From Azolla caroliniana (taxonomy: Eukaryota > Plantae > Polypodiophyta), in NCBI GenBank assembly GCA_043228905.1, contig JBHGNT010000004.1, positions 24,304,001 through 24,368,000 of the forward strand: a stretch of 64,000 bases of DNA, given 5' to 3'. Positions 1 to 9,279 of this stretch are shown piece by piece. Under the pieces are notes generated by a model. That model searched no databases, was not told where the DNA came from, and was given only the letters and a program-made list of their open reading frames with translations. A program made the translations under genes and the position numbers. Position 1 is the first letter of the stretch. The number at the start of each line of letters is the position of its first letter.

Positions 1-34
1 TTAATAACAAAACATTGATTTACCAAAAAAAAAG

Positions 35-234
35 TGTCGAATACAAATGTATAATGGACGTATTCACACTATTCTCTTAGAGAGCCCAAGTTCGGGCTAT
101 TTCTGTAAATAACATAAAGGGCAATTGCCTTATGTGAGTCACTATATAAAGTGACTTTGTAACCTTTTGTAAAGTTTTGTTGTTCATTGTTGTAACTGTT
201 GCCCCTTTTATGAATATAGATATATGCTTTGTGC

Positions 235-265
<31 letters not shown>

Positions 266-370
266 TCTGTACGTATCTTGTTCTTGCCTCTCTCATACGC
301 AGGTATTTCTTCCTCACAGATTCATACTGTGTGATCTCTTCCGCACTGACGGCTTTGTTCATTCCCTACA
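35..370 (+). repeat. 5' LTR (336 bp)
   Basis: TG...CA ends. Matches 5278-5615 with about 6 substitutions and a 2-bp (CT)n length difference by eye. Confidence 0.97.
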
Positions 371-372
371 TT

Positions 373-384
373 TGGTATCAGAGC
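373..384 (+). other. Primer-binding site complementary to the initiator tRNA-Met 3' end
   Basis: TGGTATCAGAGC located 2 nt after the 5' LTR. Confidence 0.95.
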
Positions 385-1077
385 TTGGATGTCCTTCATC
401 CCGCTGCCGGCCGCCATTCGAATCTTTGGATCACAACATTCTGTTTTTTTTTGCTTTGTATTTGAAGAAACAGAGAAGAGAGAAGAAGAAGAAAAACGAG
501 GCTTGCATCTCATTGCGTTAGATCATCTTCGTTTGGAGTAAGCCAACCGGCTGTACTCTGTTCCTTGTGATCGTAACCGCTCGAGGTGAAATCACCTTAT
601 GCAACATTGACATGATCGTGCTCCACTCGATTAAACGGCATCCGAACATGTCATCGAACGCTGCTCGCCGCCCGTTGTAACCACTCGGTGCAGATCGGTC
701 TCAAGACAACAACCCCAATTCGTGCTTCATCCGGCTGATCGACATTCGGGAGGATCAATTGGATCCGTCTCTCTCGTCGCTGCAGTCACCCGAAGCAGAA
801 TCGGTCCAGACAATCGGTTTCAATAATCAGTATTTGGCATATATATTCGGAAGCGAACCGGGCTCACTCCGACTCGGCAACATTTGGGAAGACCAGTCGG
901 TTCTGTCCCTCAAGTTACCGGAGTCAATTCGAGCAAGTTCAACAATACATATATCCGAAACCGAACCGACTCGGGTTCAAATCCGACTAGAACGATATTG
1001 GGTGAGCCGACCGGCTGCACTCCAACAAGGTTCGTAGTCAACTCCGAACCGAGCTTCGTCAACCGAAACCGAATCTG

Positions 1078-4000
1078 ATGGCATCAACATCCGGCTCATC
1101 GGAAATGAGTCTAAGGAGGTTCGACGCTTCGAACTTCAATTTTTGGAAGGAGCAAATGCAGGACTATCTTATAGTCAAGGGTCGGATTGATCTGATTGAG
1201 AATGAAACTGCTCCAGAAATATACAAGGCAAATGAGTGGCAGAAGCTGGACAGAATCGTCCGCGCCACGATTCGGATGCACCTGTCGGAATATGTGTACT
1301 TCACAGTGCAATTGTGCACAACAACCTTTGAACTTTGGAAGAAGCTGTCGGAAACCTACGAAAAGAAGGTCGCCTCAACGAAGATGTATTTGATCCGGCA
1401 CCTCTACAACTTGCGGATGAAAGACTCCGATTCGGTTCAGGCACACCTTAACGAGTACGAAAGTTTGAGCTCCCAAATCTCGTCACAAGGGACGACAATC
1501 GAGGATGAACTCAAATCAATGATACTCATGAGCAGTCTCCCCTCCTCTTGGGAAACCTTCGTTACAACTGTGTGCAACGCTTCTACGACTGCCATCAAGT
1601 ACTCCGAAGTCACAAGTGCAATCCTGACTGAAGCAGCTCGGAGAAAGTCTTTCACCAAAGACTCGGCAGAAGAAGCCTATGTAGTACAAGGTTCGACCGA
1701 CCGATCGAACAACCGGGGAAGAAGTTCTTCCCGACCGTCGACAAATCAGCGAAGCCGCAGCAAGTCCCGGGAAACCCGAATCTGCAACTACTGCAAGAAA
1801 CCGGGACACATCAAGGCCGACTGTCGGGTACTCAAGTCAAAGACAGACAAAGCTCAAAGAGCTGATCAGAGGAGTAACCGGCATGAGGAAGTCAACTACG
1901 TTGGCTCTTCAGCCAAGATATTGACGACCGACCCGAACATATTGTCCATAGAGAATCCAGTCGAATCAGAAGTTCTGCTTACGACTGAGGAATCGAGCGC
2001 ATGGCTTCTGGACTCGGGCGCGTCGTATCATGTGACACCTCACCGATCACAGTTTCGGCAATATTCGGACCGGCACTCCGACTCAGTTCGAGTCGGAAAT
2101 TCGCAGCACTGTGCTATCATCGGAATCGGCACCGTAGAGCTCAACCTTCCGGGTGGCTCTACACTCGTACTACACAACGTCCGACACGTTCCTGAGCTCT
2201 CACGACCCCTGATCTCAGTCAGACAACTTGATGAAGCTGGCATCCGTGCTGGTTTCTCATCAGGAGGGTGGACACTCCACAAAGGGAACCTCCTACTTGC
2301 TAGAGGACCAAAGGTACACTCATTGTACCCTTTGTATGTCACACTCAGAGAGGGTGACTTATTTCTGGTAGATATCCTTGTGTCATCATTATGGCATGGA
2401 TGACTTGGACACCTCAGCAAGGTCGGCATCACGCACCTATCCAAAGCCGGATACATCTCGAAACTCTCCTTCTCGGACCATCAGTTTTGCGAGCATTGCC
2501 AGTACGGCAAACAGGTAGCCGCATCACACCCGACATCAACACCAAGAGAGTCGAGCCCGCTCGATTTGGTCCACTCGGACGTCTGTGGCCCGATGCCACA
2601 TCAGTCACTCGGCGGTGCCTCGTACTTCGTCAGTCTCATTGATGACTCGACTCGGAAGGTGTGGGCTTACCCCATCGGAACCAAAGATCGGGTGTTCTCG
2701 ATCTTTTCAGATTGGCTCGCAATGGTCGAAAACCAGACCGGTCGGAAATTGAAGTGTCTCTGAACTGACAATGGAGGTGAGTTCAAATATGATGAATTCG
2801 TCAAATTTTTGCAAAGAACGCGGCATTAGACGTGAATGTACGGCACCATATAGTCCGGAGCAGAACGGAATCGCAGAACGCATGAATTGAACGATTCAAG
2901 AACGTGTTGTATCCATGCTCCAACACTCCGGACTGTCGGATGGCTTCTGGGCAGAGGCTCTACTCACGGCAGTACACATAATCAATATGTCGCCAAGTAG
3001 ACCTCTAGGACTTAAGATACCTCAGGAAATATGGATCGGCAAAAAGCCGAATTATGATAAGCTGAGGATTTTCGGTTGCGAGGCATACGCCCTCATACCG
3101 AAAGACGACCGCCGAAAACTCGAACCGAGATCAAGCAAATGCGTTTTCCTCGGGTATGGACCCGACGGCGAGATCGGATACCGACTCTGGGACCCCGAGC
3201 ACAGGCAAATCGTCTGAAGTTCAAACGTCATGTTCAACAAGTCGACTATGCACAAAACGGCCGAAAGGCCTATTGAAGTCTGAAGGGTAATATTTTCTGA
3301 AGTGCCAACCCTTCATGACGGCCCAACACACAACACGAGACCGGTTTCACGGGTAACCGACTTCTCTCGCACCGAATCCACAGATTCGGCACAGCCGAAT
3401 GGCTCGGCTTCCGACCATCCGACATCGACACCCGGTGCGACCAGTCCAGTCATACCTCGAAGATCCGAGTGACTGTCGCAACCTCCGGAGAGGTACTCTC
3501 CTGGAATTTTCTTCACCGATGTCGGCGAACCAACGTCCTACGAAGAAGCATCGGCAGCTGCCGATTCAACCACCTGGCATCTAGCAATGGAGTCGGAAAT
3601 GCACTCCATCCGCGCCAACAAGCCTTGGGATCTGGTCGATTTACCGAAGAATCGACGTGCTCTTCCTTGCAAGTGGGTCTATAGACTAAAGGAGAAGTAC
3701 AAGGCCAGATTAGTTGCGAAGGGATTTCGACAGGAATATGGCGTCGACTTCGACGAAATCTTTTCACCAGTGGTGAAAATGACAACCCTTCGTTTCATGC
3801 TCGGTGTTGTGGTTGCCGACAATTTGGAGCTGATTCAGCTAGATGTGAAAACGACATTCCTCCATGGTGATCTAAAGGAAGAAATCTACATGGAGCAGCC
3901 GAAAGGCTTTGTGGCTACCGGTCAAGAACATCTAGTCTGCCAACTCAGGAAGAGTCTTTACGGCCTGAAACAGGCACCCCGACAGTGGTACAAGAAGTTC

Positions 4001-5083
4001 GACGATTTCATCCAGTCAGTTGGCTTCTCCAAGAGCGATGAGGACCACTGCCTCTTCACCAAAACAGCTCAAGACGGTTCTCCTGTCTTCCTCATCATCT
4101 ATGTGGACGACATGCTACTCTCCGGTCGGCATACCGGAGAGCTCACCGAACTCGTTCGGAAACTGCGATTAAAGTTTGCCATGAAGGACCTCGGTTCGGC
4201 AAGACACATACTCGGCATGAAGATTAGTCGGAATCGCGCCAAAAGACAGCTTTTTCTGTCTCAAACCGACTACATCGGACATGTCTTGGAATGCTTCAAC
4301 ATGCGATCGACCAAATCTGCTTCGACCCCGCTCCCCGTTCATCTTCGACTTTCTCAGCGAGACTGTCCGACATCCGGTCCGGAGGGGGAAGACATGAAGT
4401 TGGTACTGTATGCACCAGCAGTAGGTTCTCTGATGTACGCGATGGTCGCGACACGGCCTGATATTTCTCACGTTGTAGGAGTCATCAGCAGATTTATGCA
4501 CAATCCCAGCCAATCGCACTGGAACATAGTCAAGCATGTGTTCAGATATTTAGCTAGCACAAAAGACCACGACATCCTTTTCGGTCCGAACTCAACTTCA
4601 GGCGTAGCCGGTTACACCAACTCGGACTTCGCCGGCTGTGTGGACAGTCGCAAGTCAACAACCGGATATTGCTTTAAATTCGGCAATGGAGCAATCTCGT
4701 GGAAGTCGAAACTTCAGGAGTGCACAACCACCTCAACGACCGAAGTACAATATGTAGTTGCCTCCGACGCAGCGAAAGAAGCTTTATGGCTCGGTCGGAT
4801 GGCGCACACGTTTCGGCAAGTCGACTCCGACTCGGCTCCAGTTGTCTACATCGATAGTCAGAGTGTTGTTGCTTTGTCGAAAAATCCGGTTCATCACAAT
4901 GCCTCCAAGCATATCGAAGTTCGATATCACTTCGTTCGGGACTGCGTCATTTCCAGGAAAATCAGTTTAGAAAAGATATCCACAACCGACAATGTCGCAG
5001 ACGGAATGACCAAGTGTCTTTCGGCAGACCGGTTCCGGTCTCTTCGGCAACAGATGGGCGTAACAACATATCGGTCTGGTTGA
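1078..5083 (+). pseudogene. Copia gag-pol polyprotein, disrupted
   Basis: Zinc knuckle CNYCKKPGHIKADC; protease WLLDSGASYH; integrase HSDVCGP and TDNGGEF; RT LKQAPRQWY and YVDD; RNase H SKHIEVRYHFVRD. In-frame TGA at 2401, 2761, 2888, 3215, 3281 and 3470, plus a +1 frameshift in the T-run near 2806-2810. Confidence 0.95.
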
Positions 5084-5277
5084 AGCCGGACATAGTGCAG
5101 GATGGTTTCGGACAATAGACATCGGTTCACTGACGATCGGCTTCAGCTTTTCCGACCCGACTAGTTCGGTCTTTTGTCTACGGATCAGGCCGATTCGAAC
5201 AAAACCGACCTGTCCGAGAACTTATGCCTATACCTGTATTTTTTAGATAACCCATGTATACGCCCATTACGGGGGAG

Positions 5278-5476
5278 TGTCGAATACAAATGTATAATGG
5301 ACGTATTCACACTATTCTCTTAGAGAGCCCAAGTTCGGGCTATTTCTGTAAATAACATAAAGGGCAGTTGCCCTATGTGAGTCACTATATAAAGTGACTT
5401 TGTAACCTTTTGTAAAGTTTGGTTGTTCATTGTTGTAACTGTTGCCCCTTTTATGAATATAGATATATGCTTTGTG

Positions 5477-5513
<37 letters not shown>

Positions 5514-5615
5514 GTACGTATCTTGTTCTTGCCTCTCTCATACGCATGTATTTCTTCCTCACAGATTCATACTGTGTGATCTCTTCCGCACTGACGGCTT
5601 TGTTCATTCCCTACA
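5278..5615 (+). repeat. 3' LTR (338 bp)
   Basis: Copy of 35-370, preceded by the PPT and followed by the TSD AAAAG. Confidence 0.97.
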
Positions 5616-5800
5616 AAAAGAACACAAGGTATATAGAAAACAAGAAATTTGTATTAACAAGCACTAACAACCAATAGTTACAAAGAAGAGGAGAATGTGC
5701 TTATGTAGTCACCTTCTCTCTATATTCTCTCACTACAACCATCGCTTGGGAAAGAGGTGGAGACTTAACTACCTAGTGACTATGTGTCATAGGTCTTAAT

Positions 5801-6440
5801 TGTTGAGAATCGACCGGCCACGACCGATTTCATGTATGCATTCGGGTGCACAGAAAAACAAGTAGGGTAATGCACAAATAGAAACGAGGGGCAAATAACG
5901 AAAAACAGAAAGAAAAAAGGCACAGATATTTAACATGGAAACCCGAACTGGGAAAAACCACATGGAGTCCACAAACTCCAAAACAGATCACTATGATAAA
6001 GGAGAAGTACAAATAAGAAACTCAAGTTCTCCTTTGTCTGACAGACGGTTACAGAGTTACACTCACACACACACACACACACACCCACTCGCTCACAATT
6101 ACAGAGGCAACTACCTCGTTCTAACTATACAACAATAATGACCATCACAAACTCATAAAGTTTGCCCTAGTTGTGTTTATACCAATACAACTTTCTAGAC
6201 TATTTACAAATATAGCCCACAAGGGGCACATTTAGACTATTTACAATTATAGTCTCCCGATTTCAGTTTCGGTTTTCGATCTCAGCCTCAATTGAAATAC
6301 TCATTGGACCCCATCGGAATCAGTTCGTTCTCTTCTTCCAATCCGAAGGGACATGTTTCCCAACAAACTCCCCCTTCACTCCGGCATGGTGTACTTCATC
6401 AATCCGACCCTTTGCCGACACACATTCAACTTCTCGACCA
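5801..6440 (-). mobile_element. 3' remnant of a second Copia element (RNase H tail, PPT and 565-bp 3' LTR)
   Basis: Minus strand reads ...VEKLNVCRQRVGLMKYTMPE* (6440-6376), then PPT AGGGGGAGTT (6375-6366), then an LTR TGTTGGGAAA...TCTCAACA (6365-5801). Confidence 0.85.
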
Positions 6441-6441
6441 G

Positions 6442-6782
6442 TTGCTAAGATGGTAAATGGTAATGCGATACCTTATCACCATCGGTTGGTCCTTATAAAA
6501 CAATATGACAAATGGAGTGAGCTCAATTGTATGAACATGTCAAGGCTACATGTTCCCTCCTAATTCAATTCATATACAAAATGCCTTGTTCACATCCTTG
6601 TACTATGACCCCTAAATCTCATGTCATGACCAAGTATATCAATACTTATCAAGTGAGCCCAACTCATGATGTGTATGAACATGTCAAGACCACACCTTTC
6701 CACCTAGTTCAAATCTTATACATTCATCTCTCCTTCACATCCTTGTACAATGACCCCTAAATCCTCAGTTGTAACGATACTT
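6442..6782 (+). repeat. Duplicated LEUNIG upstream region, part 1 (paralogous to 22554-22903)
   Basis: Co-linear match, e.g. CCAACTCATGATGTGTATGAACATGTC and AATCTTATACATTCATCTCT in both places. Confidence 0.9.
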
Positions 6783-6784
6783 TT

Positions 6785-8309
6785 TGTTGGGGAAACCGGT
6801 CCCTCCGGATGGGAAGAGCATGAGCCAGATCGGTTGGAGCCGATAGGCTAAGAGTCGGTTGCATGCATAGAATGAAAACATATGTGCATTCGCATTCGAG
6901 AATGATTCAATCAAACGTGTATGGTAAATTATCTCAAAGTTGGATTGGATTTATAAGTTAGAAAATAATAATAAAGACTGGAATTTCAAAAAATGTCTAT
7001 GCTCTATATTATATATTGATTGAATCAAATGTCAACACAATTGAAAGTTCAAAACTTAGGAATTACTTAACTACTAAACATTAGAAAGTACAAACATAAA
7101 AATCAAATAATTCAAAGACATAATTGTATTGATGATGAGCTCATCTTGCAATTATCGATGTTCTCATCTCACCAGTCGCAACTAGTGAAGTTATCAATTT
7201 CTTCACTTTAGAACTTTACAAAAAAATGAGTATGAACTATAGAGAATGAAACAAAATATGTCATTACAAATTATAATCAAACGTTCAAAAACTCATAAAA
7301 CGTATATTCGAGAATATGAAGCAAACATGACACTAACATAAAACTTTACTATAACATGACACTAAAGCGAGAGGGAGAGAGGGAGAGGTGAGAAAATTGG
7401 GATTCAAACCGAAGACCCAAGATAAGGTAATAGAACAACTTACCACTAGGGTGAGTTAATTTCTAGTAACAAAAGAAAGAAAAACAGAAATAAAATCAGT
7501 ATATAATTTTCCCTTTTCAAACTGATTCGTTTCTGAATGTTTTCAAATGTTTGTATGCTTGCACAAACGCATTCATTACGTTCTATGGGACCGAAGACCC
7601 AAGCAATAGTAATAGAACAACTTAACACTAGGGTGAGTTAATTTCTAGTAACAAAAAAAATCAGTATATATTTTTCCCTTTTCAAACTTATTCATTTTCA
7701 AATGCTTGTATGCTTGCACAAACGCGTTTATTACGCTCTATGGGACTCGCGTGGCGACCTTTCCAAATGGAGAACCAGACTTGTCCATGCAACGTGAGCC
7801 GGTTAGGAGCTGGTTGTCCGATTGGGAACCGTATAGGAAGTCTGAATCGGAATGGCAGTCGATCGACCAACGGAGGGCCAATGCGAGGAGAGTCAGCCAG
7901 TAGCTGACTGGCCATTAGTCGAATCGGACGAAAGTCGTTCGGCCTTTAGACAATCTAAACAATGGCCCATACTTGTGTATTAATATATATATATACACAC
8001 ACACACACACACCTAGGACTACTTTTTATGTGTTAGTACTGAAGAGATTCATAGAGATCTGGAGAGGTGTGATCACTGAGTGCTAAGTGAGTGAGTGAGT
8101 GAGTGAGTGTATCCATCTAAAAGATGAAAACGAGCTCGAGGTCGTTGCCTTTGATTCTCTTGTATATTCATCCTTATAGTGATTTTGTTTGGAGTTAGTG
8201 GGCTCCTATGGTTTTTCCCATTCAAGGTTTCCACGTTAAAATGTCGTGTCTCGATGTTTGTGTTTTTTTTTTTGTCTTCCAGTTTTTCAAGATGGATGCG
8301 GGTGGTCGA
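6785..8309 (+). mobile_element. Interrupted, 3'-clipped solo-LTR related to the LTR at 5801-6365
   Basis: Starts TGTTGGGGAAACCGGTCCCTCCGGATGGGAAGAG, similar to the minus-strand LTR start TGTTGGGAAACATGTCCCTTCGGATTGGAAGAAG. Shares the GGTTTTTCCC...GGTTTCCACGTTAAA motif at ~8209-8240. Interrupted by AT-rich DNA at ~6866-7744. Confidence 0.65.
7408..7744. repeat. Tandem duplication (~180 bp and ~155 bp units) at the end of an AT-rich insert
   Basis: ACCGAAGACCCAAG...CACTAGGGTGAGTTAATTTCTAGTAACAAAA...GCACAAACGC...CTATGGG occurs twice. Confidence 0.85.
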
Positions 8310-8665
8310 GGAGCGTCCGGACATTGGCAAAGTGTGAAACCATGTGAAGAAGAATATGCAGATGTGTCAATTGACTTACGACACTTCAATGTGAAACCAA
8401 GTAAAACGTAGTAGTTGAGAAAGAAGGCTGTCTCTCTCGTCTTGCGTCTTGGTTCGGGAACGAGGCTACAGCAGGCTCGAGGTTCGGGATCTGAGGCTCA
8501 GTGAACTGTAGGTTCGGTGGAAACTGCAGACTTGGTGAGCTCATCGTTCTTGCTTCTTCTCTGCAAACTCTGCTTCTTCTTCTGCTTCTTCTCCCCCCTC
8601 CTACACTTCCCAAAATTTCTTTCACTCTATTCTGCCTCCCCGCACAGCAAGTAAAACCCCTCATT

Positions 8666-8699
<34 letters not shown>

Positions 8700-9279
8700 T
8701 CCCCTACAGGGCCTCTGCCTTCCCCAAAAAGCTTTCGTTTATCTCTCTTCTGGTAAAACCTCTGCTCATTTTTTCTCCCGTTAAACAGTGAAATTTGATA
8801 ACAATTTCCTTCTCTCTGTTGACAGTTTTGATGTCTTCCTCTTTTTTCCTTGTGTTTCCTCCTCAAAAGGTTCCTTTTTCCTTTGAGGATCCATTTTGTC
8901 CCAATCTCTGTTCTGACTTTTCCTTGTGTTTCCTCCTCAAAAGGTTCCTTTTTCCTTTGAGGATCCAGTTTGTCCCAATCTCTGTTCTGACTAAAAGCTT
9001 AACGTAATTAGCGAGAAATGCCTTTTATATACTAATTTGCTTCAATTTCCTTGCAATTTCAGATGATTCCTTTTAGGTTCTCAGCATGATTTCCCATAAC
9101 TGTTGAATTGCTTCGACAAAGCTAATTCTTATTCAAATTTGAGTCAATTTCTTTTGTTTTGGCTTCGAAAACTGGGAAGCTGACAAGATGTGAGTAATTT
9201 AAAGACCCATATGTAGTTTATTTGTTATATAGCTTGTTTTCATATGAATTTAGGGTTGATTAGCTCACAATATTGTCAA
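8310..9279 (+). pseudogene. Truncated duplicate of the LEUNIG promoter, 5'UTR, exon 1 and start of intron 1; ATG deleted
   Basis: Co-linear with 22982-23966. CGAAAA-CTGGGAAGCTGACAAGATGTGAGT here versus CGAAAA-TGTCTCAAACAAA-CTGGGAAGCTGACAAGATGTGAGT in the real gene, a 13-bp deletion that destroys the ATG. Internal ~74-bp tandem duplication at ~8845-8992. Confidence 0.92.

Larger units (their letters stand above)
35..5615 (+). mobile_element. Full-length Ty1/Copia LTR retrotransposon, inactivated
   Basis: Two LTRs TGTCGA...CCTACA (35-370, 5278-5615) with a 5-bp TSD AAAAG (30-34, 5616-5620). PBS TGGTATCAGAGC at 373-384 and PPT GGGGGAG ending 5277. Domain order gag-PR-INT-RT-RH is Copia-type. 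Confidence 0.97.

Noticed and set aside
373-384. tRNA gene fragments (also at 13932 and 15314)
   Set aside because: These are 12-nt retrotransposon primer-binding sites; no tRNA or rRNA gene was recognised in the window.
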